From positions 332 to 64,331 of IMG/VR virus record IMGVR_UViG_2837005551_000010: a stretch of 64,000 bases of DNA; one strand, given 5' to 3'. Both the position numbers and the translations under genes were made by a program. The notes below the pieces were generated by a model. The model saw nothing but the letters and a program-made list of their open reading frames with translations, was not told the DNA's origin and made no database searches. This DNA is from a virus (taxonomy: Duplodnaviria; Caudoviricetes). Position 1 is the first letter of the stretch. Every line of letters begins with the position of its first letter. Positions 7,251-18,087 of this stretch are shown piece by piece.

Positions 7251-7826
7251 ATGGAAACCCAAGAAATCAAAATCAAAAAAGCCAAATTGAGCAAAGGCGG
7301 CTGTGTCGAGGCATCGTATATTGATGCCGACGGCAACGAGATTACTTTAAAGGGTAAAAACAAGTGCCATAATGACCTCAAAGTGGCACTTGCCGCTCTG
7401 GTCCCATTCTTTGCCGACCTTACCGAACAGAAGGAGGCAGACACCATCGACTGGAGCGACCTTGAAAGTGCCGAGAATGTTGACCTCCTCCGTAAACTCG
7501 ATGTAACGGGTCTCAGTATCGGCGGTGATGACAACAACCGCATCATCACTATGACAGGCCGGCGCACCCTCATCACATCAAGGGTTCTTAATCTCAACGC
7601 TCCCGGCGTAGAGATGGAATCCGAGACATTTGAGTGGAGCCACATCGACGACTTCGACTTAGCGGTGCAGGCTTTCATTTATGAGGTCAAGGAGTACATC
7701 GTAAACCGCAAATGGGAGGTTGTTCAGGCAACTCTCTTTGATGGTGATCCCGATGACCCCTTTGCCGGAGCCGAGCCGACCGATGCCGCTCCCCCTGTTG
7801 AACAGCCTGCCGAAAATGTAGCGTAA
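7251..7826 (+). CDS. Hypothetical phage protein, acidic C-terminus
   Basis: 191-aa ORF in operon with the helicase. Confidence 0.75.
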   Translation: METQEIKIKKAKLSKGGCVEASYIDADGNEITLKGKNKCHNDLKVALAALVPFFADLTEQKEADTIDWSDLESAENVDLLRKLDVTGLSIGGDDNNRIITMTGRRTLITSRVLNLNAPGVEMESETFEWSHIDDFDLAVQAFIYEVKEYIVNRKWEVVQATLFDGDPDDPFAGAEPTDAAPPVEQPAENVA

Positions 7827-7828
7827 GA

Positions 7829-9565
7829 ATGAAACCAATATATATTACCGAAACGCCCAACACTTTCCGCCTCTCCTTTGAGTATAACAAGGAACTTGTA
7901 ACAACCATCAAGCGTGTGCCGAGTGGCCCGCGATGGGATGCTCAAGAGAAAGAATGGATTGTGAAAAAGGAAAGTATCTGCTATCCTCCCGGGCGTGATG
8001 CTCGGTGGTATGTAGAGGCTTTCGCTCAATGGGCAGTTGCCAAACACTTTTGTACTAACATTTCAAGGCGTAGCGAATCCCACGATGTAGTATATGAGAT
8101 TCCACCGATGAAGAATTTCACCGGCGAACATTATATGCTCCTCAATCCATACGAGTATCAGTTGGAGGGAGTGCGCTACGCCTTGGATCATAAGCGTTGC
8201 ATTTTTGGCGACCAGCCCGGCTTGGGTAAAACTCTTCAGGCGATATGCTCAGTAGTCAAGGCTCACAAGGAAGCCGCTGTCTATGGGGATTCATTTCCTG
8301 TACTCGTAATCTGCCCCGCTGCTCTCAAAGTCAACTGGCAGCGTGAGTTCAAAAAGTTTGCCGGCATCAACGCTGTTATTCTCGATGACAAAAACCGCGA
8401 TAGTTGGCATCGTTTTTATGAGTTGAGGCGTGGTGATGGAGACCCCTATGCCCCGGTGTTCATCACAAATTATGAGAGCCTAAAAAAGTTCTTTGTGAGT
8501 GATGTCAAAGACCACGCACGAATGACTCTACGTTCCATAGTCTTCGATGAACGCATCAAACTGTTCAAGTCCATCATCATAGATGAAAGCCATAAATGCA
8601 AATCAAGCAAGACACAGCAATCAAAGTATGTTGAGGGAATCTGCAAAGGTAAAAAGTGGGTGTTCGCTCTAACGGGTACGCCTGTTGTCAATAATAATAC
8701 CGACCTTATCCAGCAGCTCAAAATCCTCGGCAGGCTTGATGACTTCGGCGGCTATAAGCAGTTTGTCGGCCGCTACTGCGATGGACCCAAACAATCCTCC
8801 AATCTGCGAGAGTTGAATTATCGCCTTTGGATGTGCTGTTTCTTTCGTAGAGAGAAAGCTAAAGTGCTTACTCAGTTGCCCGACAAGATGCGCCAGTACA
8901 TCACTTGCGACATTACCAACCGCAAGGAGTATGACGATGCAGAGAATGATGTTATCAAATATCTCCGTCAGTACAAGAATGCGAGTGATGACCGAGTGGC
9001 ACGCGCCATGAGAGGTCAAGTGATGGTAAAGATGGGCATACTTAAACAGATTGCGGCGAGAGGTAAAATCAAAGCAGTTTCCGAGTTTATCCATGATGTC
9101 ATAGACGGAGGGGAAAAACTCATCATGTTTGCATATCTGAAGGAGGTTGTGGAGGCTCTGAAAAAAGAGTTCCCCGATGCAGTAACCGTTACGGGTTCTG
9201 ATGACATCAAAGCCAAGCAGAACGCAGTTGACCGCTTCCAGAACGACCCCGAGTGCAAACTCATAATCCTCAACTACAAGTCCGGCGGAACGGGTCTAAC
9301 ACTTACGGCTGCAAGCCGAGTTGGGTTTATCGAGTTCCCCTGGACCTATTCGGATTGTGAGCAGGCAGAGGATCGCGCCCATCGCAACGGACAAAAGAAC
9401 GCTGTCAACTGTTACTACTTCCTCGGTGACAAGACCATTGACCGCTATATGTATAATGTCATTCAGACAAAGAAAGACATTGCCAACGAGGTTACGGGAA
9501 CCACTACCCAAATCGAAGAGGATATGCTCAACATCACAATGAACCTGTTCCAAGACCGAATATGA
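7829..9565 (+). CDS. SNF2-family (SF2) helicase with HARP-like N-terminus
   Basis: DQPGLGKT Walker A, IIDESH Walker B, LTGTP, GGTGLTLT, QAEDRAHRNGQ. Confidence 0.9.
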   Translation: MKPIYITETPNTFRLSFEYNKELVTTIKRVPSGPRWDAQEKEWIVKKESICYPPGRDARWYVEAFAQWAVAKHFCTNISRRSESHDVVYEIPPMKNFTGEHYMLLNPYEYQLEGVRYALDHKRCIFGDQPGLGKTLQAICSVVKAHKEAAVYGDSFPVLVICPAALKVNWQREFKKFAGINAVILDDKNRDSWHRFYELRRGDGDPYAPVFITNYESLKKFFVSDVKDHARMTLRSIVFDERIKLFKSIIIDESHKCKSSKTQQSKYVEGICKGKKWVFALTGTPVVNNNTDLIQQLKILGRLDDFGGYKQFVGRYCDGPKQSSNLRELNYRLWMCCFFRREKAKVLTQLPDKMRQYITCDITNRKEYDDAENDVIKYLRQYKNASDDRVARAMRGQVMVKMGILKQIAARGKIKAVSEFIHDVIDGGEKLIMFAYLKEVVEALKKEFPDAVTVTGSDDIKAKQNAVDRFQNDPECKLIILNYKSGGTGLTLTAASRVGFIEFPWTYSDCEQAEDRAHRNGQKNAVNCYYFLGDKTIDRYMYNVIQTKKDIANEVTGTTTQIEEDMLNITMNLFQDRI

Positions 9566-9783
9566 AAAAGAGATTCAAACTCCTCAACCGCTCCGGCAAA
9601 GTCCATATTTTGCATTGGGCGGCTGATGGTAAGCTGTTCGGTCCCGACTGGGAAGCTGTGGCTACGTTTGATGACAAAGACTCAAATCTGGAAAGATGCA
9701 AGACTATAATATGGCTTATGAACGAGTGCGACAAGCACACAGACCACCCTAACGATGACAGAACAAGAGATAATAAAAAGTGA
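9562..9783 (+). CDS. Hypothetical protein
   Basis: 73-aa ORF coupled to the helicase stop. Confidence 0.55.
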   Translation: MKKRFKLLNRSGKVHILHWAADGKLFGPDWEAVATFDDKDSNLERCKTIIWLMNECDKHTDHPNDDRTRDNKK

Positions 9784-10204
9784 GCAGGGTTATTCGGAAT
9801 CCAAGATACAGCATATATGTGTGAATTGGTTCCGGCAGACATTCCCCCATGTCGGCAATCTTCTTTTTGCAGTGCCTAACGGCGGATGGCGTGGAGCCCG
9901 CGCCGGTGCCCAAATGGTATATGAGGGACAAGTCAAGGGCGTTGCTGACCTCATCCTGCTTTATCCGTCAGGAGGCAAGTCAAGCCTCTGCCTTGAGATG
10001 AAAGTACCAAAGAAGAAAGGTAGCAGCGCCGGAACCCAGAAACCGCACCAGATAGAGTGGCAGGCTCTCGTTGAGAAATATGGTAGCACCTATGTAGTGT
10101 GTCATGGACTCATCGAATTTATCAAGGCTGTTTGCGACTATCTCCAAATCAATTCAACAAAGTATATCGACGAAGCTCTTAATAAATATCCTCTTTACCG
10201 ATGA
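9755..10204 (+). CDS. VRR-NUC domain nuclease
   Basis: ESKIQ...LFAVPNGG...GVADL...LEMKVP...QKPHQIEWQ. Confidence 0.85.
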   Translation: MTEQEIIKSEQGYSESKIQHICVNWFRQTFPHVGNLLFAVPNGGWRGARAGAQMVYEGQVKGVADLILLYPSGGKSSLCLEMKVPKKKGSSAGTQKPHQIEWQALVEKYGSTYVVCHGLIEFIKAVCDYLQINSTKYIDEALNKYPLYR

Positions 10205-11061
10205 TCAACTACATCGAAATGATTAACCGCTTTTGGCAGGAGGTTGAGATGAAGGATTTTCTTCCCTCGGAGGCTTGCGTATATTTCAGACTTCTGGATA
10301 TATGCAACAGGTTAGGATGGCAAAATCCGTTCCCCCTCTCCAACTCACGGGCAGTCGCGCTGATGGCGATGAATGAAAAGACCTTTCGTGCTATCAGAGA
10401 CAAGCTCGGCGGGCGCGGTTTAATCGAGTTCAGGAAAGGCAAGAAGAGGGAGAGCGCACCGATGTATTGTTTCCCGGAAAAGACTGATGATGGTTGTTGG
10501 GTTTTTCCTTGGGGGAATTTTTTGGAGGTAAAAAATACCGTTAAAACTACCGTTAACACGCCCGCTAACGCTACCGTAAACACTACCGCAAACACACCCG
10601 TTAACACGCCCGCATATAATAAAACTAAAACTAAAACAAATAAATCTCCTAACGGAGATAGTGTGGGACAGCCCCAACCGGAAATATCGTTGTTTGCAGA
10701 AGAGGAAAAGAAAGCCGGCAGGCGAAAGCCAAAAGCATCCAAAGACCCACCATCTACACCGCCGACGCTTGATGATGTCTTGCAATATTTCCTAAGCCAA
10801 GATGCAGACAAGCGTCTTGAGAATTGGGAAGAATCCGCCAGGCGGTTCTTTGACAACTTCAACGCCGTTGACTGGAGAGATAAATTCAACCGCCGGATCA
10901 CAAGATGGGACAGCAGGGCTAACTCATGGATTCTTGATGATGAGAAACGGCAAAAAGAAAGGATAACCCCTAATGAAACTAAGCAAGCAGATAAACTTTC
11001 AGAACGTAGAGGCACTGAGCCAAATGCTACAAGCCGAAAGGGTTTCAAGGGAACGTTTTAG
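10201..11061 (+). CDS. Replication initiator (DnaD-like winged-helix N-terminus)
   Basis: YFRLLDICNRLGWQNPF...IRDKLGGRGLIEFRKG; Thr/Asn-rich linker; PPTLDDV...FFDNFNAVDW C-domain; followed by a DnaC-like gene. Confidence 0.75.
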   Translation: MINYIEMINRFWQEVEMKDFLPSEACVYFRLLDICNRLGWQNPFPLSNSRAVALMAMNEKTFRAIRDKLGGRGLIEFRKGKKRESAPMYCFPEKTDDGCWVFPWGNFLEVKNTVKTTVNTPANATVNTTANTPVNTPAYNKTKTKTNKSPNGDSVGQPQPEISLFAEEEKKAGRRKPKASKDPPSTPPTLDDVLQYFLSQDADKRLENWEESARRFFDNFNAVDWRDKFNRRITRWDSRANSWILDDEKRQKERITPNETKQADKLSERRGTEPNATSRKGFKGTF

Positions 11062-11677
11062 CCTTGAAATTTCCGAAAAGGATTGTGCCAACGGGCTGTA
11101 TTCCGCCATGAAAGCAGAGGTTCAGTATCGTGGCGGTACATTCAATTTAGATGCTGACACTCGCTCCCATATCTTCACGGCTGCCAAATGGCTCATCAAT
11201 CCGAATAGCACACCAGGTCTGTTGTTGTGCGGGTTGTGTGGCAACGGCAAGACTACCCTTGCAAGGGCTATCGCATGGCTAATAGGATACCTCTCGGAGC
11301 GTGAGTTGGGGTATTCCAACCGCAAGAGGATGCCGCTCTATACTGCAAAGAACATTTGCCGGCTATGTGCCGCAAGTGAGAAATTCAAAGAGCAGTATGA
11401 TGAGTATGGGAGATTGTTCACCGAGCCTATGATGATAATTGATGACCTCGGAGAAGAGCCAAAAGAGGTCATGGTCTATGGTATGCCGCACACTCCAATC
11501 ATTGACATCATCAGTGAGCGTTATGCCGCCCAACGGATGACCATAATCACGACCAACCTTGATGTTGACCAACTCAAAGGGAAATATGGAGAGCGTATCA
11601 CTGACCGCTTCCGAGAAATGCTAACCTCAATCATTTTTGAAAATGACTCATACCGAACCAGTCCGAGTGATAGTTAG
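10973..11677 (+). CDS. DnaC/IstB-like AAA+ helicase loader
   Basis: GLCGNGKT Walker A, IIDDLG Walker B, TIITTNL, YGERITDRFREM. Confidence 0.85.
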   Translation: MKLSKQINFQNVEALSQMLQAERVSRERFSLEISEKDCANGLYSAMKAEVQYRGGTFNLDADTRSHIFTAAKWLINPNSTPGLLLCGLCGNGKTTLARAIAWLIGYLSERELGYSNRKRMPLYTAKNICRLCAASEKFKEQYDEYGRLFTEPMMIIDDLGEEPKEVMVYGMPHTPIIDIISERYAAQRMTIITTNLDVDQLKGKYGERITDRFREMLTSIIFENDSYRTSPSDS

Positions 11678-11888
11678 ATGGACCACACGCGATGAAGAAG
11701 CCATTGCCGCCATTCGCAAGCATTTTAATCTGCCCAATTATACCACGCTTAACGGCTGGACACCGGCTGAAATCAAGCCGGAAGATATGGATATGTTTGA
11801 AGAATGTGCCCGACGAGGGTTCTTTGGCATTATCCGCGAAAAATGGTGTAAAAATGGTGGCCAATATATTTTTTCATCTCGTAAATAA
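11637..11888 (+). CDS. Hypothetical protein
   Basis: 83-aa ORF between the loader and the next promoter module. Confidence 0.55.
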   Translation: MKMTHTEPVRVIVRWTTRDEEAIAAIRKHFNLPNYTTLNGWTPAEIKPEDMDMFEECARRGFFGIIREKWCKNGGQYIFSSRK

Positions 11889-11930
11889 TGGCTAACTTTA
11901 CAGTATAACAAACTAAAAGTCAAACCAATA
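11852..11930 (+). promoter_or_regulatory. Class M promoter module, copy 2
   Basis: AAATGGTG (11852), TAACTTTA (11893), AAGTCAAACCAATA (11917). Confidence 0.7.
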
Positions 11931-11939
11931 AAACCAATT

Positions 11940-14045
11940 ATGGAAATTAGAAAAATTCCACTCTCATTGGTGTCTCCATCACCGATGAACCCTCGCAAAA
12001 CATTTGACGAGGATGAGTTGCAAGAGTTGGCGGACAACATCGAGAAGCAGGGGTTACTCCAGCCTATCACCGTCAGACCCATTGCAGACAAAAAACAGTT
12101 TGCCGTTGTAGATGGCAACGCCGACTTCCACCCCGAGTATGAAATCATCTGCGGAGAGCGCCGCTTCCGCGCCTTTTGCAAACTATCTGACAAGTGGCGG
12201 GAAATGGATTGTGTGGCTCCTAAGGGAGAGACATATGACCGCTTCTCTGAAATCTCTGCTATTGTGCGAGAAATGAACGATGAAGAGGCATTTGACGCGA
12301 TGATAACCGAAAATCTTCAGCGCAAAGATGTTGACCCCATTGAAGAGGCTTTTGCTTTTGGTCAACTTATCCAAAAAGGCAAGACCGCTGAAGAAATAGC
12401 GGCTCGATTTGGCAAGTCTATCAGATTTGTTCAGGATCGCGTCAAACTCAACAATCTCATCCCGGAACTCATGCTTGCTGTCAGAGATGACAAAATGAGC
12501 ATATCGGCGGCGATGATAATTGCCAAGCTCGATGATGAGCATCAGCGTCGTTATCATTCATCCTACTCCAACAACTCCAGCGGATTCACTAAACAGACCG
12601 CCGATAGTTTCACTAAATCTCTCTTTATGTCTATCGACGGGGCTCCCTGGTATCAGACCGATGACCAAGCCGATGAAGATTATGAGGGAGGGTGTGGTTG
12701 TAAGTGTTCGGAGTGTCAACTCAACACCGCCAATCATGGGTGCTTATTTTGGGATATGAAGACGGAAGATGCCGGGAAATGCACCAACCGGGATAAATTC
12801 TATGCCAAGCACTCTGCGTTCATCATAGATATGTTAAATCGCTTTGACCACCCGGTAATCAAGAAAGGTTCACCGCTTGAGACCGGGAGCGTTGTCATAA
12901 TAGATGATGAGGAATGGTGCAGCCCAGCCACGAAAGAACTCAAGAAAGCCATCTATGAAAAGATTAGAGCGGCAGGCTTTGAGGTAATCAAGGCTAACGA
13001 GATATTTGAAGGCAAATGCCATTACACTGACAAGAGACTTGACCGTAACATCGAGATGGGATATGTCTATCAGTGTCTTAAAATCTTCACATACGACAAT
13101 GTGAGCTTTGGGACACAGTGGCGGTACTTCAAGGGAAAAGGCAAGATGCTTGAGGCAAATGAGGGCAAAGATAAAACTCCGGCAACCTCCACTCAATCAG
13201 CAGAAGCGATGAAACTCATACAGCAGCGCAACCGAATAAAGGAAATCGCTGTCGAGAAAATCACAGCCGAATCCCGAGCAATGGCCGGCAATCTCGCAGA
13301 GGCAAAGCGCAAAGGAGAGTTGAGCGATGCAGAGATGTTCGCATTTCAGTGTATAATATTCTCCCTCTGCGGATCTGATATGCTGAAAAGGTACGGGCAT
13401 AAAGGTTTGGGCAAGGTGTCTGAGCGTTCTTTCATCGACGTAATCAAGCAGAATCGAGCAGACTGGTCAATGTGGATAAGAGAGTTTATCCGCACGATAA
13501 TTGCCAGTGCTGATATAACCCACAATGGGTTCTATCAGTATTGCGCCGGAGAAGTGCTGAAGGAATGGATGCCCAAAGAGTGGAAAGAGATGATTGACAA
13601 ATATCGAGTTAAACTTGATAAAGACCTCGCCAAAAATGCTGAGAAACTGAAAGGTCTTGGTTATGGCATAGACGGCAAGTTGCTCCCTCAACCTAAAGAA
13701 TCGGTTGTCAAATCGGTTGTAGATTCGACAAAGATTGAGGCAGAGACAATCGCTATCCCCAAAGGGAAGAACATACAAAAGCAATTCAAGGAGATGAAAG
13801 CCAAGCATCCCGGTACTATTCTTCTCTTCCGTGTCAATGACTTCTATGAGTGCTTTGATGAAGATGCCGAGAAAGCAGCTAAGACTCTCAAACTGACGCT
13901 TACCACCGCAAAAGGCAACAAACTTGCCGGTTTCCCTCATCATGCTCTCGACACCTATCTTCCCAAACTCATAAGAGCCGGACATAAGGTTGCAATCTGC
14001 GAGCAACTTGAAGATCCGAAAAAGAAGAGTAACAAAGGGAAATAA
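11940..14045 (+). CDS. ParB/Spo0J-family protein with C-terminal MutS domain I
   Basis: [10 protein letters not shown]...GLLQPITVR...ICGERRFRA...[14 protein letters not shown] (ParB N-domain and HTH); C-terminal [18 protein letters not shown]...[27 protein letters not shown] (MutS_I). Confidence 0.9.
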   Translation: MEIRKIPLSLVSPSPMNPRKTFDEDELQELADNIEKQGLLQPITVRPIADKKQFAVVDGNADFHPEYEIICGERRFRAFCKLSDKWREMDCVAPKGETYDRFSEISAIVREMNDEEAFDAMITENLQRKDVDPIEEAFAFGQLIQKGKTAEEIAARFGKSIRFVQDRVKLNNLIPELMLAVRDDKMSISAAMIIAKLDDEHQRRYHSSYSNNSSGFTKQTADSFTKSLFMSIDGAPWYQTDDQADEDYEGGCGCKCSECQLNTANHGCLFWDMKTEDAGKCTNRDKFYAKHSAFIIDMLNRFDHPVIKKGSPLETGSVVIIDDEEWCSPATKELKKAIYEKIRAAGFEVIKANEIFEGKCHYTDKRLDRNIEMGYVYQCLKIFTYDNVSFGTQWRYFKGKGKMLEANEGKDKTPATSTQSAEAMKLIQQRNRIKEIAVEKITAESRAMAGNLAEAKRKGELSDAEMFAFQCIIFSLCGSDMLKRYGHKGLGKVSERSFIDVIKQNRADWSMWIREFIRTIIASADITHNGFYQYCAGEVLKEWMPKEWKEMIDKYRVKLDKDLAKNAEKLKGLGYGIDGKLLPQPKESVVKSVVDSTKIEAETIAIPKGKNIQKQFKEMKAKHPGTILLFRVNDFYECFDEDAEKAAKTLKLTLTTAKGNKLAGFPHHALDTYLPKLIRAGHKVAICEQLEDPKKKSNKGK

Positions 14046-14120
14046 GAATCTCCCTTAAATCACATCATCAACTCAAACGCGGCACTACTCAATCAAACGG
14101 GTGGTGCCGCTTGCTTTACT

Positions 14121-16766
14121 ATGGAATATCAAGAGTTTCTTAAATCCAAGATAAAAATATCCGAGGAGTTCGGCTTTACTGTCAAGATAGAGGAAATCAA
14201 CCCCAAGTTGAAACCTCACAACAAACTGATGGTAAAATGGCTCGTTGAGGGTGGCAAACGTGCCTGTTTCGCATCTTTCGGATTACATAAGACTGTTACA
14301 CAGTTGGAGGCGGTAAGACTTACCCTCTCTAAAGTCGGCAAAGGGAGCGGCTTGATAGTCTGTCCTCTCTCAGTCCGTCAGGAGTTCGTAGAGGACTCCA
14401 AAAACATACTCGGCTGGGAGCGCCCCCCAAAGTTCATCAGACGTGCCGAAGAGATGGATGGCGATGGTATCTACCTCACAAACTACGAAAGTATCCGAGA
14501 CGGCAAGTTGGATCCAGAATTGTTTGTTGTCGCAAGTCTTGATGAGGCCTCCGTCCTCCGTGGTCTCGGCGGTTCAAAAACATTCCGGGAATTTATGAGG
14601 CTGTTCACCGGCGACGGTGGTCCCATGCAAGTGCGCCGGCAGGCAGAGCGTATCAAATTCCGCTATGTCGCCACTGCCACCCCATCACCAAACGACTATA
14701 TCGAGTTGTTGGCTTATGCCGACTTTTTGGGCATCATGGATGTGTCGCAAGCCAAAACAAGGTTCTTTAAGAGGGATTCAACGCACGCTGACAATCTCAC
14801 ACTCCACCCACACAAGGAAGAGGAGTTCTGGTTATGGATATCCTCGTGGGCTTTGTTTGTCAGCAAACCGTCGGACATCACCGGCGACACGGCAGACGAT
14901 GAGGGTTACATTCTCCCTGACCTCGACCTGCGATGGCACGAGATACCGACGGACTATTCTAAGCCGAGTGTTGACAAATACGGCAATCCTGTATTATTCG
15001 CTACCGAGGCTATGGGACTGCAACAGTCGGCAAAAGAAAAACGAGAGAGCCTCCCGGCCCGTATTGACAAGATGATGGAGTTGAGAGCCGAGGATCCCGA
15101 CGCCCACCGCATCATTTGGCACGACCTTGAGGCAGAACGCCACGCCATAGAGAAAGCCATACCCTCTATAAAATCCATCTATGGCTCACAAGATTATGAG
15201 AAGAGAGAGAAAAACATCCTTGATTTCTCTTATGGCCGAGTTCAGGAGTTGGCGGCTAAACCTGTTATCGCCGGTTCCGGCTGTAACTTTCAACGCTATT
15301 GTTCCTGGGCAATATATCTCGGTATCGGCTACAAGTTCAATGATTTTATACAGTCCATTCACCGCCTGCAACGATTCCTTCAGACAAAGAAAGTCCGGGT
15401 TGACCTCATCTATACCGAGGCAGAGCGAGGAGTGCGAAAGGCTCTTGAAACAAAGTGGCAGAACCACAACAAACTCATTAATAACATGACTGAAATTATT
15501 AAGAAATACGGGCTATCTCACAAAGAGATGTCTGCACACCTCGCCCGTAAAATGGGCGTTGAACGTGTCGAGGTCTCCGGCGATGGCTACCGCATAGCCA
15601 ACAATGACAATGTTCTTGAGTTGCAGGACACCGACCGCTACCCGGACAATTCAGTGGGGCTTATTGTAACCTCTATTCCGTTTGCAACCCAATACGAATA
15701 CTCTCCCAATTACGCCGACTTCGGCCACTCTGAAAGCAACGAGGAGTTTTTCAAGCAGATGGATTTCCTCACGCCAAACCTCTTCCGAGTGCTCCAGCCC
15801 GGCAGGATGGCTATCATCCATGTCAAAGACCGCATCGTGCCGATGGGATTGAGCGGAATGGGTTGTCAGACGGTGTATCCGTTCCACTGCGATTGCATAC
15901 GCCACTACACCAAGCACGGCTTTGCCTACATGGGGATGAAGACCATCGTAACGGATGTGGTCCGGGAAAACAATCAGACCTACCGCCTCGGCTGGACTGA
16001 ACAATGCAAAGACGGCACCAAAATGGGAGTAGGTATGCCGGAGTATCTTCTCATCTTCCGAAAGCCTGCCACCGATCGCACAAATGCCTATGCCGACATT
16101 CCTGTTGTCAAAGACAAAAAGTGGTGGAATGAGCAGACCAGAAGTTGGGATAATCCCGATGGTTACAGCCGCGCCCGCTGGCAGATGGATGCACACGGCT
16201 ACACACGCTCTTCAGGTGATAGGCTGATGACCCCCGAAGAGATAGCAAAGATGGACCACAAATCTATCTACCGCTTCTTCAAAAAGTATTCTCTTAATGA
16301 GGTATGGGATTACGACTATGTTGTAAGAGTGGCCGAGGAGTTGGAGTTGCACGGCAAACTCCCTACGGGATTCATGCTCTTGCAGCCCGGCAGTTGGACC
16401 GACAACGTATGGTCTGACATCGCAAGAATGAGGACACTCAACACCATTCAGTCGGTAAAAGGTAAAGAACAGCATCTTTGCCCTCTGCAATTTGACATCG
16501 TGAACCGTGTCATTGACCAGATGAGCAATCCCGGTGATATTGTTCTTGACCCATTCGGGGGACTTATGACGGTTCCCTATTGCGCGCTGCTCAAAGGTCG
16601 TAAGGGCTGGGGCATAGAACTCTCGCCGGTGTACTTCCTTGATGGTGCTCAATATTGCGCCCAAGCTTCCACAAAGAAAGAGACCCCATCACTCTTTGAC
16701 TTCCTCGATGATCAGGCGGAGGATGAAGAAGAGCCTCTACCTTTTGAACTCCAAGATAAAAAGTAA
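14121..16766 (+). CDS. SF2-helicase-like domain fused to an amino (N4-C/N6-A) DNA methyltransferase
   Basis: FASFGLHKT, LDEAS, TATPSPND, QSIHRLQRF; MTase motif IV TSIPF before motif I DPFGGLMT (beta order). Confidence 0.85.
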   Translation: MEYQEFLKSKIKISEEFGFTVKIEEINPKLKPHNKLMVKWLVEGGKRACFASFGLHKTVTQLEAVRLTLSKVGKGSGLIVCPLSVRQEFVEDSKNILGWERPPKFIRRAEEMDGDGIYLTNYESIRDGKLDPELFVVASLDEASVLRGLGGSKTFREFMRLFTGDGGPMQVRRQAERIKFRYVATATPSPNDYIELLAYADFLGIMDVSQAKTRFFKRDSTHADNLTLHPHKEEEFWLWISSWALFVSKPSDITGDTADDEGYILPDLDLRWHEIPTDYSKPSVDKYGNPVLFATEAMGLQQSAKEKRESLPARIDKMMELRAEDPDAHRIIWHDLEAERHAIEKAIPSIKSIYGSQDYEKREKNILDFSYGRVQELAAKPVIAGSGCNFQRYCSWAIYLGIGYKFNDFIQSIHRLQRFLQTKKVRVDLIYTEAERGVRKALETKWQNHNKLINNMTEIIKKYGLSHKEMSAHLARKMGVERVEVSGDGYRIANNDNVLELQDTDRYPDNSVGLIVTSIPFATQYEYSPNYADFGHSESNEEFFKQMDFLTPNLFRVLQPGRMAIIHVKDRIVPMGLSGMGCQTVYPFHCDCIRHYTKHGFAYMGMKTIVTDVVRENNQTYRLGWTEQCKDGTKMGVGMPEYLLIFRKPATDRTNAYADIPVVKDKKWWNEQTRSWDNPDGYSRARWQMDAHGYTRSSGDRLMTPEEIAKMDHKSIYRFFKKYSLNEVWDYDYVVRVAEELELHGKLPTGFMLLQPGSWTDNVWSDIARMRTLNTIQSVKGKEQHLCPLQFDIVNRVIDQMSNPGDIVLDPFGGLMTVPYCALLKGRKGWGIELSPVYFLDGAQYCAQASTKKETPSLFDFLDDQAEDEEEPLPFELQDKK

Positions 16767-16767
16767 T

Positions 16768-16992
16768 ATGAAACGAGAAGATGCCCAGACCGCAACGGGC
16801 TTGAGCCTGCCGGTCATTGTTTTCGTGGTGTTCCTTACCCTGCGCCTTGCCGGAGTAATCTCCTGGTCATGGTGGTGGGTAACATCGCCACTCTGGATTG
16901 TAGCCGCTCTGATAGTGGCAATCACGATTCTCTATGTAGCGGTGTTCGCTTACCGCTACCTCAAACACAAACGCAAACGCAAACGCAACTAA
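16768..16992 (+). CDS. Small membrane protein (WSWWWV-SPLW type)
   Basis: Two hydrophobic segments, VISWSWWWVTSPLW, basic tail; start moved to Met44 of the track ORF. Confidence 0.75.
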   Translation: MKREDAQTATGLSLPVIVFVVFLTLRLAGVISWSWWWVTSPLWIVAALIVAITILYVAVFAYRYLKHKRKRKRN

Positions 16993-17083
16993 CCTCATCT
17001 GTTATGATGACAATAATAAGACCGCCTCCCGGCAATCGCGAAAGAGATAACACCAGTCATTCACTTAACCCAATTCTTTACCA

Positions 17084-17380
17084 ATGGCAATAACGCTGAA
17101 CAAAAGTGCTATCCGATGCGAAGAGATAGCAATCGCCAGTGGTAAAATAACCTCCAACTCATCGGCTCGACCATTGCTTTATGACATATCGCGGAATTGG
17201 CGTGAGTTACTTGATGCGTCAAGTTTTCAAAGCGACAATCCCGGTCCCTGGAGCGAAAAGGAAGAGGCGGCGGCCGAGGTTATGATTTCCACTCTGACCT
17301 ATCTTCAGCGCATTGGGTGCAAGAACATCGAACAGTTGCTCAAGGACACCATAGAGCGACACGCCCGGCAAAATGAGTAG
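17084..17380 (+). CDS. Hypothetical protein, possibly degenerate MazG-like fold
   Basis: All-helical; EKEEAAAEVMISTLTYL resembles the EExADV segment of MazG. Confidence 0.4.
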   Translation: MAITLNKSAIRCEEIAIASGKITSNSSARPLLYDISRNWRELLDASSFQSDNPGPWSEKEEAAAEVMISTLTYLQRIGCKNIEQLLKDTIERHARQNE

Positions 17381-17399
17381 GTTTCGTTAATGGCTATTC

Positions 17400-17421
17400 T
17401 GATGATGTAAATTGATGATGT
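17400..17421 (-). repeat. ACATCATCA-N4-ACATCATCA direct-repeat site
   Basis: TGATGATGTAAATTGATGATGT is identical at 62386-62407; same architecture on + at 3245-3266. Confidence 0.7.
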
Positions 17422-17430
17422 ATAATAGCA

Positions 17431-18087
17431 ATGACCGAAAATACAATTTTAGCAATCGGCCTCTTGGATTTCAACAAGGGGCAACTCCAAGGACTCCCGA
17501 AGAATCCCCGGTTCTTTCGGGACTATCGCTATGAGGCGATGAAAAAGAGCATTGAGGAATCTCCCGAGATGCTTGAACTCCGTGAACTAATCGTCTATCC
17601 ATATCCGGAGGGGCGGTACATAGTCGTTTGTGGCAATCTGCGTTTGCGTGCCTGCAAGGAACTCGGCTACAAAGAGCTTCCCTGCAAGATTCTCAACCCT
17701 GAAACCGATGTGAAGAAGTTGCGCGAATATGCCACAAAGGACAATGTGAGTTTCGGCGAGAATGATGTTGATGTGATGATCAACGAGTGGGACAAATCAG
17801 AGTTGCAGGATTGGGGAGTTGAATTTTCCCCGGAAAAGAAAACCGATGAGTTCAAAGAGCGGTTTGATTCGATCACTGATGAAACCGCAATATATCCCCT
17901 GGTCCCCAAATACGATGAGAAGCACGAGTTGTTCATCATTCAGTCAGGTAACGAGGTTGATAGCAACTGGCTCCGTGAGCGTCTTGGTATGCAGCGTATG
18001 CGCTCCTATAAGACCGGCAAAGTGAGCAAGAGCAATGTTATCGACGTTAAAGATGTTCGTGTCGCATTGGAGGGCGAAAGGAAATGA
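17431..18087 (+). CDS. ParB/Srx-like domain protein
   Basis: LPKNPRFF...MKKSIEESPEML...YIVVCGNLRLRACKELGYKELPC. Confidence 0.85.
   Translation: MTENTILAIGLLDFNKGQLQGLPKNPRFFRDYRYEAMKKSIEESPEMLELRELIVYPYPEGRYIVVCGNLRLRACKELGYKELPCKILNPETDVKKLREYATKDNVSFGENDVDVMINEWDKSELQDWGVEFSPEKKTDEFKERFDSITDETAIYPLVPKYDEKHELFIIQSGNEVDSNWLRERLGMQRMRSYKTGKVSKSNVIDVKDVRVALEGERK

Noticed and set aside
16962-16989. (CAAACG)n microsatellite as a phase-variation locus
   Set aside because: In-frame hexamer encoding the KRKRKR tail of a membrane protein; it cannot shift the frame
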